Positions 41,865 to 53,430 of a stretch of 64,000 nucleotides of DNA are shown here, piece by piece. How positions within the stretch are numbered: position 1 is the first letter of the stretch; the number at the start of each line of letters is the position of its first letter. Both the position numbers and the translations under genes were made by a program. The DNA is from Podarcis bocagei (Eukaryota): NCBI GenBank assembly GCA_964188305.1, contig OZ076886.1. One strand, written 5' to 3'. The notes beneath the pieces were generated by a model. It did no database searches. It saw only the letters and a program-made list of their open reading frames with translations, and was not told the DNA's origin.

Positions 41865-42037
41865 GGCGAAAGAATCACATCCAGCAATGGTTGTGCATTA
41901 ACCTATCCACTGGAAAAAAATGAAGCAAAACAGAAGGCAGTGGAGAAGGGAAAGGAGCTGTCTGTGGACTAATGTCTCCTCTTCTTCCACCAGTCTCCAC
42001 ATTCAGGACATTGTGGGTGCCGGCATCCTGCTCAGTC
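41865..42037 (-). other. PLXNA1: 5' UTR part of the first coding exon, with two candidate splice acceptors (exon start 42037 or 41909)
   Basis: Minus-strand acceptors gctttgtgtttccttctag|GAC (42037) and ttttgcttcatttttttccag|TGG (41909), both with pyrimidine tracts. Confidence 0.55.
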
Positions 42038-42760
42038 CTAGAAGGAAACACAAAGCAAGCAAGGTTAGACAAACAGTTGAGCCACTCAGAACGTAACAGC
42101 ACAATAGATCCCCACAGTTACAAACATCTCAGGAATGAAGGTGGTTCAGATCTCTGAAATGTTCAGCTGTCTTGGAAGAAGCATTGTACAGAATTTGCTA
42201 ATCATTCTACATTCTTCCCATTTAAGTTCCCATGACCATTTTGTGCATTCACTACAGAAAATAATTGCTGAATTGTTTTGACATCTTAGGAGAGCTAAGA
42301 TTGTTATCAGAAAAAAGACAATATAGGCTTTCCACATTTTCTGTGTTTTTATGGGGCCATGAGCCTTAGAAGCCTTAAGCTTGAACTCACAGTATAAAGG
42401 GAATAATAGTGTTATACCTTTTGGCAAAAGCTCCAAGAGAGACAGATGAGAGAGAGAGAGAACTTTGAAGATCTGAAAATGGCTTTAAAAAATAACTTAA
42501 ATGACTGGGATTAGATCCTTTATAACCCCTATTTTAGCACTTTTCAACCTTGCCCAGATGTCTTGTCTTTCTGGGTATCTGTACTATCTAAAACAAGATC
42601 CCTGTATTACAGTGTTTTCTTGAAGACAGGTCTTTCATTGCACCAATTGAGATTTGGCAAAAAGACTATCTCTGATACAGTGATATACCTCTATATTTGT
42701 TTTTCTAAGTTCATAGTACTGAAATGGAGAAACGCAAAAGAACTGATCTCTTTATTAAGC

Positions 42761-43246
42761 AGAACCAGACAGAAGGCCTTCTCGGCAGTGATGCCCACCC
42801 TGTGGAATGCCCTCCCATCAGATGTCAAGGAAATAAGCAGCTATCCTATTTTTAAAAGACATCTGAAGGCAGCCCTGTTTAGGGAAGTTTTTAATATTTA
42901 ATGCTGTATTGTTTTTAACACTCGGTTGGGAGCCGCCCAGAGTGGCTAGGGAAACTCAGCCAGATGGGCAGGGTGTAAATAATAATACAGTGGTACCTCA
43001 GGATATGAATGGGATCCATTCTGGAGCGCTGTTCGCAACCTGAACAGAACGTAAGACGTGACGGCACGTCTGCGCGTGCGCAGGTCACGTTTTGCCACTT
43101 CCGTGCATGCATGTGACATCATTATGAGCATCTGCGCATGCACGAGCAACGAAACCAGGAAGTAACACGCTCCGTTACTTCCGGGTTTCCGTGGAGGGCA
43201 ACCTGAAAGCGCTCAACCTGAAGCACATTCAACCCGAGGTATGACT

Positions 43247-43303
<57 letters not shown>
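42761..43303 (+). mobile_element. L2-clade LINE 3' end whose (TAT)n tail is interrupted by a mariner MITE
   Basis: RTRQKAFSAVMPTLWNALPSDVK...FKRHLKAALFREVFN and the 3' motif. The tail resumes at 43248 after the MITE. Confidence 0.85.
42988..43247. mobile_element. Tc1/mariner MITE, 260 bp
   Basis: TA|CAGTGGTACCTC...GAGGTATGACTG|TA, with a CpG-rich internal imperfect palindrome. Confidence 0.88.
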
Positions 43304-43305
<2 letters not shown>

Positions 43306-46300
43306 GAATAATGGAATACCTCTGCATACACATTAGTATGACAAAATAAATGATAAAATCCTATCTGCTCTTAACAAAGAATCTGACTTCCTTTTTTAAA
43401 AGAAAAAGGAGTTACGCATTGTGGAGTGCAATCAAATGCATGACTACATAGAAGTAATTTCCACTGCATCAGCAGTGCCTCATGTGTCCAAGATTGCAAC
43501 CTCAGACACTGTATGTGGGTGTAGAACTTTCCACAGAGGAGCATTAGAGGTTTTATAGGGAGCTTCAGGGACAGCATCCTTCCTGAGTGTCCTGAGATTT
43601 CTTTGGTATGTGCCGGCTAACCTGCACTCACAGTGCATTATGAACAAATGTGTCTACATCATGTTCCACTCCGGGGGGGGGGGCACCACCACCACCAGAT
43701 CTGCAAAGCCAGTGAGCAAGCTCTCTATCCTTCCACAACTCCCCAGGGATGTTACAGCCTTTCTCAGCCTCCACCCTAATCTCCCCTTACACCTTCATGC
43801 ACTGTTGCTAAGACTTTGGCCCAAAGACTTTTATTCTACCCACATCTTCAACACAAGCAGGATTCAGTGAATGACTAGAGCTCGCTATTCCAAGTAATTC
43901 CGTATTTGTGACTTTTAAAGACAGCTCACCACCCTCGAAGAAAATACTTTTAAAAAGCACAGCTTACACATCCCAACAGCACAAAAGATATTCTGCTTCT
44001 CGTCAATATTTGTGGGACCATACTGTTACCTCTCCAGCTTGACCAAGTATTTAGCTCCACTAGGAGGCTGGCAATGTCCTGCCTACCCATCCATAACCGA
44101 CAAGCTACAGAAGGCTGCCTTTTTATCTTCAGGGTTTTCTCTTTGCCCAGGCAGGGGAGTATTCTGACCTTCCTCATTCTCCTTGCACTGGACAGCCTTG
44201 AGGCTGATCCTAGATTTCGAACACACTCCTAAAGGTCAGAACCAGTCTTCAGGCAGAAGGCGGGGCATGGGAGGGTTGCACATCGCTTGAGCTTCCACCC
44301 TGAAGACTGAAGTTCACTAGAGTTATTTTTCTTCAATTGCACAAAGGGAAAGAAGAAACTTGTTCTTTCTTCCAGTTTGGTTAGACGTGTCAAATGCCCC
44401 CAAAAGACATAGCTGCACACAGCTTACACGAAGGGCAACATACATGGAGGCAGAGAATCTTGGCTACACAAGAGCCCATACTGTAAAGTTTAACCTCTGG
44501 CTTCTTTAGCCTGTGCCACTGAGATTTTTAAAAACTCAATTTAGCTCATAAGGCAACAGATCTTGGTCCGTCTAGCCCAAACATAGGCCCTTGGAGATGA
44601 GCAAGATTAAGGCATCCCATAGTTTCTTCACGCCAGGCATTGCAAAGGGGAAAACAGTAAGAAGGACCAACATCACTTCTCTCCTTCACCAGAGCCTGGT
44701 GCAATATGAGGTTTGAACCTTTCACCCACCACCCCTGCACCCAGTTCTGTATGAATCAGAAGGCAGAAGGGAGGGGAGGGAGAGATCTGTCACACTCAGC
44801 AAAAAAAGTCAGTCACCCCAGCTTCAAGTTCCTGAAAGCTGCAGAGAACTTGAGCAAGCAGTGGGGACTATTGTGATGAGCATCTAAGACAACAGTGGCT
44901 GGCACAGAGGCCAGGGTATCCACCTTTTGCAATGTCTGAGAAAATCTGCCGGAAATTATAGTCAAAGCCCAAACCTCTGGTCTTCTGGTTTTAGCACTGA
45001 AATCAAGACCTCTGCTTTTATGTTTAGATCCAGATTATGACAGGTGAGCAAAATCAGAAATCCATGCAATCTTTGTGAACTCAAGGCATGGAGAATCTGT
45101 TGGACCCCCAGTATGACCACCTAGCCTAGTATAAACACCAGCCTTTCAACTTCCCTTGTGGAAACATTAATGGGAATAGCCTTCGCTAAGTACTGAATGG
45201 GCCATCCAGGATTAATAATTTGCCATTCACAGACTTAGCATACAAACTTTAAGGTAAGGAATTTTGGCTCACATTGCTTTGCTGTAGGTAGCTGAAAAAG
45301 AAGACAGAGCTCACTTCCTTATGACCTGTTTACTGAGCATTCATTCTGATTTGTTTGCACAAAGTTTTCAGCGTTAGATGAAGTTGCATCAAGCAAATGC
45401 TATCCCATGCTTTCCAGAGCATTTTTCCTGTCACTCTCCTTATCGCAAAGAGTTCAGTTTGCTAGGGAAAGTGTGTTTGTTATGCAAGAGCTCCAAATCA
45501 ACTTTAAATGCGGGACCCGAATTTACCAGTATGTGACTCAAATCTCACCCAAAATAGAAAGAGCCTGAAAGAACCCACAGCTGATCAAAGCAGCAACCAA
45601 TTCCTTTCACTAGGAAAATTTCCACATACTGAGAGAACACTCTACTAATATCTTCACACTCAGCCCTACACCAGAAGAGAAACAATTTTCATTTTCCCCC
45701 CTCTGGGTGGGGAGAGCCTTGCTCCTGTAGAGAGGCAGTTGGTGGAGGGGGAAGCTGCTCATTCACCCTTCAAGTTCTTTTTCTCCCCACTACCAGCAAA
45801 CTCACACACAGAAGTGGAAGTGTTCATTGCATTTCACCATTTACCTAATTGGACTTTAATGTGCTGAGTGGTTGGCCATTAATGAGATTTTTCTTTTTAT
45901 AAAGACAGGGAGAGAAAACAAAGAGAGACCATCACAAATGAGGAGAGAAATAAATGGTGACAATTTGCAAAGAGGTAGGGCGGCTGTTCGAGTAAGCAGA
46001 GAAAGTTAGAATTATGGGATCCGACTTCCAGTTCTGACACTGATTTGCCAAGCAAGTCTAAATGATTCACTACCCACCTGTGTTTTCCCCACCCTCCTAG
46101 CTGCAAAACAGGGACAAATGCAATTCTATGGATTCACAGAAACACTATAGGACCTCTCGTATTGCCTAGAGCCAAAGTCGCAAGGGAATACATGTGTATG
46201 TCTGATATTTGGATGCAAGGATCTATGTAGTATTCTGTATCATTGACCTTTTTTAGACATTTTGTTGAGGTTTTATGCTGAGCAGGCAGTGTCTCGAACG

Positions 46301-46530
46301 AAAAGGAACTAATATGATATAAATGTACAGATAAAAAATAAATGCATTCTTACCTCCACGCCCCTACAAAAATACACAGAGAGAGCACAGAGCTGTGAGA
46401 CAGACACTCGATGGAAGGAAATAGAGAAGGCAATTATCAATTGCAATAAGAAAGGACAAAGTTTTCCCCAAAGTCACAAAGATAGGGGATCACAAAAAAT
46501 CCTTCTTGAAGCTTACTCCTTGTGCCTCTT

Positions 46531-46667
46531 AAAAAGGTAAAGGGACCCCTGACCGTTAGGTCCAGTCACGGACGACTCTGGGGTTGCAGCGCTCATCTCG
46601 CTTTACTGGCCGAGGGAGCCATCGTACAGCTTCTGGGTCATGTGGCCAGCATGACTAAGCCGCTTCT
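46531..46667 (+). mobile_element. Sauria SINE, 5' portion
   Basis: aaaggtaaagggacccctgacc...gactctggggttg...ggtcatgtggccagcatgactaagccgcttct. Confidence 0.88.
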
Positions 46668-46835
46668 ATACTCTAAATACTTAAATTCATGTTAAACCAT
46701 CAGCCACTTGCCTGCTGAGCCAGATATGCTGGGAATCATTTCCCAAGCAGTGATCATAGGTGTTGGGGTATTCAGCAACAGCTAGTGTCTTCCCACCACC
46801 ACCCCATTCTCATAAAAGGTATCCTTCTTACTAAC

Positions 46836-46838
<3 letters not shown>

Positions 46839-46875
<37 letters not shown>
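46839..46875. repeat. (CA)n microsatellite
   Basis: Direct reading. Confidence 0.95.
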
Positions 46876-46878
<3 letters not shown>

Positions 46879-47389
46879 CTGCAAGCAGGATGTCTCTTCT
46901 AGGGACAGAAGCTCCAAGCAAAGAATTGGTTAGATGATACTACACAAGAAGGATTTGGTGATAAAGCTGCACTTTCCGCCTCAGCCTTGCAAAGCGATAT
47001 CCCGTTGAAATCCATTTGCTACTCTCTGTCCTGCATCACTCCTGCTCTTTTATTTACCCAAATTGCTACAGGGAAGGATTGCCTCTACAAGAGGTGGAGC
47101 TCATTTACCAACAGCCAAAGATTTATAGACACCCGCGACAGGGATGATCAGACTCGTTCGTCACCCCGAAACAGCCAGAAGAGAGTCACATCCCTCTCCT
47201 GTCTGCAGTGACAGATGTCTGCTGCAAGAGCTCTAATAGCAAAGCTCCTTCCTTCCTTGCGTCCTTACCGTGTCTCAGAAACTATTAAAACTACGCCTTC
47301 AAGAACATCAGATCCAAACTCCAGTCAGTTACAGAGAACAAAGGAAACGTCCCACATTCAATACCACCCACCATGCCGTTTAGTTGTTA

Positions 47390-47565
47390 ATTTTATTTAT
47401 TACACTGCATCTCACCCAACTCAGGGTAGCATTTAGCCTCTCAACAACTCCATGAGATAGGTTAGAATGAGAGACTGTAACTTGCCCAGAGCTCTCTGAA
47501 GACTTTCATAACCAAGTAGCAATTTAACCTGGTGTTCCACACCCACAATTCCAGTCACCGCACCA
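47390..47565 (-). mobile_element. Diverged MIR-like SINE
   Basis: cctctcaacaactccatgagataggtt...aacttgccca is the reverse of the core seen at about 9670-9745. Confidence 0.5.
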
Positions 47566-48463
47566 CACTGTGTGACGCTGTACTGCAAAACATAAGTGAG
47601 CCTGTCAGGTTTCCAAAGTAGCAAGGAATGCCTTCAAGGAATTTGTTGGCACCACTGAGGACAGATGCTCGTAACCACACGACTTCTGCTGTCACATTAC
47701 CTTCCTCCTGCAGAACCACTCCCATTCACTGTCAGCAGAATTGGTAAGACTCACACAACTAGAGCACACACCGAGAGATTTTCTACACCACACCACACTG
47801 AGGCACCCAGAGCTCCAGCTTCTGCAAGTGGATCCACACCGTGGCCACCCAAGCATGGGTTTTGCGTACACAAGCTCTTCATCCTTGCCCACTGACATAT
47901 TGGCATCTACACAATACAGCCTTTGAAAAGTTAGTTACCGGGAGCTTCAATTGCTACACAACACAGCGGCTATTTTGCTGATGGGAATCCAGTCATTCAC
48001 CCACAATACCAATTGGTTCCTCATATGCTTCCAGGTGCAATTCTAAGTGCTATTTATCACCTATCAGGCCCCAAATGGTATGAGACTAGGATATCGGGGG
48101 GGGGGGGAATCTCTTCGTGCATGAGCATTGCTGCACACTACAGTCATCAGGCAAGGTGATATCCTGCTGCCTCTTATAGTACAGAGTGCGAGGAAAGGGG
48201 GCCAGGCCATCTCCACAGCACAGCCTAGATCAGGGGTCTGCAACCTTTAAGACAAAAAGAGCCACTTGGACCCGTTTCCGAAAAAACAACAACAACTGGG
48301 AGCCGCAAAAACATTGCAACATTTAAAACAAATATAACACTGCATATATTGTTTCTGGCCTTAATGCTATATATACAGGATCGTGCAGTCAGCTGTCAAT
48401 CTCAAGAAAAAAGGACAAATTAATAGCTAATTAAAATATTTAATTTACAACCAGGTAACCAGG

Positions 48464-48634
48464 TTAATGGGACTTTTGCTCCTGAACCTCAGTGCTCAGT
48501 GTCTGCACATCAGGGCTGTAAGACGTCACCTTCATTTTCACACAGGCTTGCAAGCTGTCATCTGTGAGGCGTGATCGGTGTTTGTTTTTAATATAGTTCA
48601 TGTTGGAGAAGACCTGCTCACATACATATGTGGA
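48464..48634 (-). pseudogene. hAT transposase C-terminal dimerisation-domain remnant
   Basis: STYVCEQVFSNMNYIKNKHRSRLTDDSLQACVKMKVTSYSPDV...QKSH*. The STYxCEqxFSxM..IK.K.RsrL motif is typical of Buster/Charlie/GTF2IRD2-type transposases. Confidence 0.88.
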
Positions 48635-48770
48635 AGAGACCACAAGGGCCATCGAGTCCAACCCCCTGCCAAGCAGGAAACACCATCAGAGCACTCCTGA
48701 CATATGGTTGTCAAGCCTCTGCTTAAAGACCTCCAAAGAAGGAGACTCCACCACACTCCTTGGCAGCAAT
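48631..48770 (-). mobile_element. CR1 LINE 3' fragment inside the hAT element (terminal repeat missing)
   Basis: Minus strand reads GTGGTGGAGTCTCCTTCTTTGGAGGTCTTTAAGCAGAGGCTTGAC...GGGGGTTGGACTCGATGGCCCTTGTGGTCTCTTCCA. Confidence 0.85.
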
Positions 48771-49217
48771 TCACCAAACTTTCACCTGCTTAAGTTTAAA
48801 AAGGGGCTTCAAGCAACTAAAAAGGGGCTTCAGGCAACTAACTCCACGTGGAATTCCACACGACCGCGACTGCATAATCAATGCCACAAAATGCCAAAGA
48901 AAATCAACCAGGGCCCCAGTGAACCATAAATCATAATCAGTGCCTGATGTAAATAATAATTAATAATGAGGGCCCAATGTCATCCTCGTCATTATAAAAA
49001 TAATCCCTCTCTTCGTGCCGCCCAGCCTCCCAAGAAAAAAACCCCACTTCAATCGGTCACAAAGCACAAATTCCACGCGACCGCTACTTGCTATGCCCAA
49101 TAATCAATGCCCCAAAATGCCATAGAAAATTAATCAGGGCCCCAGTGTACCATAAATCATAATCAGTGCCTGATGTAAATAATAATTAATAATGAGGCAT
49201 TCGTCATTATAAAAATA

Positions 49218-49330
49218 CCGTATTTTTCGCCCCATAGGACGCTCCGTCCCATAGGACACACCTAGTTTTTTGGGGGGGAAATAAAGGGGGAAAAATTCCC
49301 TTTATTTCCCCCCCAAAAGCAGGTCGGGGA
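49218..49330 (+). mobile_element. Single end of a Tc2/pogo-type mariner element inside the hAT element
   Basis: TA|CCGTATTTTTCGCCCCATAGGACGC...CATAGGACACACCT. No matching opposite end seen. Confidence 0.6.
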
Positions 49331-49404
49331 AACCGAACCAGGTCGAGGAACAGCGGGATGGCGGCGCTGCGCCTCCCTGCTGTCCCCCGAGCTTGTGGGG
49401 CTGG

Positions 49405-49711
49405 CCGATGTCTGCCCTGCGCGAGGGGCGCTCTGCATCAGGGCGCCCCCCCCTGTGGGGCGGCAGGCTGCTATCCGCAGCGTGGGGAGCCTTGCCGGGA
49501 AGTCCGGCAAGGCTCCCCACGCTGCGGATGTCTGCCTGGCGAGGGGGGCGCTCTGCTTTAGGGCGCCCCGCCCGCCGGGCGGCAGGCTGCTATCCGCAGC
49601 GTCGGGAGCCTTGCCGGGAAGTCCGGCAAGGCTCCCCACGCTGCGGATGTCTGCCTGGCGAGGGGGGCGCTCTGCTTTAGGGCGCCCCGCCCGCCGGGCG
49701 GCAGGCTGCTC
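49405..49711. repeat. GC-rich ~119-bp tandem repeat (~2.5 units) containing a 26-bp palindrome
   Basis: The palindrome ATCCGCAGCGTGGGGAGCCTTGCCGG-gaagt-CCGGCAAGGCTCCCCACGCTGCGGAT occurs at 49473 and, with one substitution, at 49592. Confidence 0.92.
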
Positions 49712-51529
49712 ACCTCCGCCCCTCACCTCCTCCCCTCGCCACCGCCCCGGAGCCGCAGCAAAGGCTTTAAAGAGCCGCATGCGGCTCTGGAGCCGCAGGT
49801 TGCCGACCCCCGGCCTAGATCACGGAGCTCCCCACCCAGGGGGACCCAGCAATCTACCAGACACAGCAATGACATGCCTGGCCCTCTCCTTCCACTACAC
49901 AAAATTTAGTTGACTGAACTGAGGTTCCACATACCTGCTGCTGCCACCAGCAACCAATGATGTGGAGATGGGGATTCTGAAAACGCAGGCTGTTGGGGTG
50001 TCGCCACATGAAGGAAGCTCTAGTCTAGTAGGTGTCACTTGTGTTGTTTCAGGCGGCTGCCAGGCATTTACCATCACATCAAGTGTGGCCCTAAAGTTTG
50101 TAAGCCATCTGAGCAGGACCAAAACTCTGTAATGTTTTGTGCAATGCTTGGAATGCTGCTGCCATGAGCAAATGCTAAACAGAAGTAGCAATCGAAGTTA
50201 TGGTATCCTAAATACGTAAGCACTTTGCAGATTAAAAAGGACAACTACTGTGCACGAGCTAAAGTGTCCTATTTTATATATAGACCCGTCAGATAAAACG
50301 CTCTAAAGACAAGGCAGGGAACCAGCCCCTCACTTGGTGTCTTGGCTCAGTCAAGCTGCACAGGGAAATCCTCTGGCAAGCGTCAAGTGTCTAGAATTCC
50401 CTACAGGGAGTGGCACTAATAGAAAAAAATTACCCCGGGCAACTCCTTGGCTCTACTAGGATTATGCGACAACATCTCAATGCAGAACAGGAATCCCAAC
50501 AGTGTGCCTGGCGTCCTTGCTCGAGGGTGCACCAGACTGTGCTTTGAGGAGACTAGCAACAGCTGCAAAAAAAAATTAGCCTAACAGTCCCTGGACAAAA
50601 TAAAAAATTTAAAAGCTACTAAAAGTGACAGCCTTTTTGCTGGAAAAGTAGGCAAGGATGTGGCTGACACACCCCTGGCAAAAGAACCCCTTTGTTTGGG
50701 AGAGACAGCAGTAGTAATAACCCACAGAAATTGGGCTCCTCCAGACAACCTATTTATTGAGCATTCATCCTGATTTACTTGCAAAAAGCTTGTGCAGAGG
50801 CTGCTTACTGAGCATTTGTCCCCGTCTGTTTGCAGGAGGGTTATGCAGCAATGAGTATTAATCCTGCATTCATCTTGATTTGTTTACTGGGTGTTCAGAC
50901 ATCTTCTCATTAGACATTTCTCCATCCCACACTTTTCAATGCGTTTTCTTGTCACATTCCTAACCGCAAGAAGTCTGTTTCGTTTCTTTTTCAAAGTGAA
51001 TTTATTGTGCTAAGGCGGCGGATCACTTTCATGCACTTTAACTGAGCAAACCTAAATTTCTTGGTGTGAGCTTGAATCCCTCCACAATAAACTGACGTTC
51101 TGGAGGCAACCCACTGACAAACCTGGTTGGGTAGACACACTGCAAACATCACTGCACTGATTGTCCCTGTGAGAAGCACTTCTGCATGGAATCTGTACAG
51201 TACAGATAGATTACTAGATCACATTTGTGCTGATTTCACATATGCGATTGCAGCTTTATGTGGATTGCTGAAAATTAATGGGAGGGGGGGACAGATCCAA
51301 AATCTATTGGGAGCCCTAGCTCAACCTCCCCAAAACCTGATAAGCAAGGTGAGGGGTTTAAAAAGAGCTTTCCCTTGAGAAGGCCCACTCAACACCAGCT
51401 TCAGATAGGTACGGATGGTCACATGGGGCAGTTCTGGCTTCACACAATTTTGCCTCTATGTGCAGTAGCTCAGAATGTAACCCCTGCATGTGATGAGATC
51501 TACCTGTACCAATCCCTCGAACTACAATA

Positions 51530-51771
51530 CAGTGGTACCTCGGGTTAAGTACTTAATTCGTTCTGGAGGTCCGTTCTTAACCTGAAACTGTTCTTAACCT
51601 GAAGCACCACTTTAGCTAATGGGGCCTCCTGCTGCCACCGCGCCGCCGGAGCACAATTTCTGTTCTCATCCTGAAGCAAAGTTCTTAACCTGGGGTACTA
51701 TTTCTGGGATAGCGGAGTCTGTCACCTGAAGCGTTGGTAACGTAAACTGTATGTAACCCAAGGTACCACTG
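51530..51771. mobile_element. Tc1/mariner MITE, 242 bp
   Basis: TA|CAGTGGTACCTCGGGTTA...TAACCCAAGGTACCACTG|TA. Confidence 0.9.
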
Positions 51772-51828
51772 TATACTTCCGAAATAGGCAGGCCCTTCCC
51801 ACTAGAGGGCCAATAAGGCATACAGATT

Positions 51829-51962
51829 TCACAGAATCATATATTTGTAGAGTTGGAAGGGACCACAAGGGTCATCTAGTCCAACCCCCTGCAATGCAGG
51901 AATCTTTTGCCCCAAGGTCGGGCTTGAACCCACGACCCTGAGATTAAGAAGCTCATGTTCTA
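51829..51962 (-). mobile_element. tRNA(Lys)-like SINE with CR1-derived 3' tail
   Basis: Minus strand reads cttaatctcagggtcgtgggttcaagccc (B box), then gggggttggactagatgacccttgtggtcccttccaactct...gattctgtg. Confidence 0.8.
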
Positions 51963-53430
51963 AGATGCTCCCTTTAATTGCAGAGATCCATGAGCATAAA
52001 AAAAGAGTACTCCATTGTGCTTGATTTCTCTCCAGTTACAGGGAGGAGAATCCAGTACATAGATGGGGAAAGGTCAGAGAGACCTCTGTTCCACTTGTGC
52101 CAATGCACACCACAACCAGCACAAGAAGAGCTCAAACCACCATCAGTAAGGCAATTGGCAAAGCTCCATGTGAGCTATAAGGGGACTCAGGAAAATCTTA
52201 GAATGGGCAGAAACATCAGTCCCACGTACCATGCAAAAATATTGATTGTGTATACAAGCATCCTTTCCTCCTCCAACCTTGGACATCTGACAGCAAACAC
52301 TTCCCCATTATCAGAGCAGGACGTTTATGAGCATGCTTGTGACCAGCAAGCAGTACAGGAAAAACCAAAGTGCAGCCTTTTAACAGCATCCTGAGAGCAG
52401 CATTCCTGTTAACTCTTCTCTGGCATGCATGGGAGTAATTCAAGCAAGGTCTTGGCTTGCGTTCGAGATAGTAAGTGCAATTCTAACCAGCCCACGCAAC
52501 TCTTTCCAGCTGAGCAGGTGCCAGGTTGCAGCTGCCCTTGCTGTTTGTTTCACAAACAGAACTCATAACCCCTATTCCCACCAGAAACAACACCAACTCC
52601 CAAAGCTTGCCAGCCATAGGGACTAAATTAATCCCTACCCGAAACCCAAATCACAGGGCTGCACTACAGACTTAGGCAGATGTATGTTCTACTGAACTCA
52701 GTAGGGCTTACTCCCAGGTAAGTGGGACTGCAGCCTTACTCACTGATATGGCAAAGATGAGACCTGGGGTGAAGGAGTGCTGTGTGTACACACACTTCCA
52801 AATTCTGTGTGTGGATTCACACAGCATATGTGGATAGGGATAATGTTGCCATTAGTCTAAATAAAGCAGAGCAACTGTACAATTAAAGGATCAAGTGGTT
52901 AAGAAGTTGATTTCTGTGATAAGCCATGGGTCCTACAATTAGACCTGGCTCAGAAGAGAACTGTAATTGGTTGGGTACCACAATAGTACTCCCATTGTTT
53001 CAGATGGCAACACTCTGCTTTAATATTTTAACCAGGTCTTGCCGGTCCCTGACTTCTCAAGGGCTTTGAACGAAGAAACAAAATACATGGGTCTGTTGGC
53101 CAGGCAGATGCAAAACCCAATATGGATAAAGCTTTCTGGATGACCTTGGGTCTGTCACTTTGAGAAATGATTCTAGGCATGGCCAACCCAAAGGTTCCAT
53201 ACTGCTCATTCCTGTTCTGTGCCTGGAAAGGTCTTTCAGGGTCATAGCTGTCAACTTTTCCCTTTTCTTGCGAAGAATCCTATTCGGAATCAGGGAATTT
53301 CCCTTTAAAAAAGGGAAATGTTGACAGCTATGCTCAGGATACACAACCTGTGGTGGCTCATCAGTCTAGTTCACTTCCCCAGACTGAGTCTCCTGGTTCC
53401 AGTCCCTGAGTCTCTGGCATTTAAGTGCAA

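Larger units (their letters stand above)
48231..49812 (-). mobile_element. Composite non-autonomous hAT (Buster/Charlie-like) element, 1582 bp
   Basis: TIRs CAGGGGTCTGCAACCT / AGGTTGCCGACCCCCG with perfect 8-bp TSD GCCTAGAT at 48223-48230 and 49813-49820. Contains a transposase remnant. Confidence 0.92.

Noticed and set aside
49405-49711. CRISPR-like palindromic repeats
   Set aside because: The intervening sequences are near-identical rather than unique spacers, the context is vertebrate, and there are no cas genes.
49330-49812. CpG island as the ancestral PLXNA1 promoter
   Set aside because: Lies wholly within a TSD-bounded young hAT insertion.
49262-49913. Two 172-aa ORFs on opposite strands with repeated peptides
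   Set aside because: Artefact of a GC-rich palindromic tandem repeat inside a transposon; stop codons are depleted by composition.
51905-51962. tRNA-Lys gene
   Set aside because: Degenerate, incomplete and fused to a CR1 tail; it is a SINE head.
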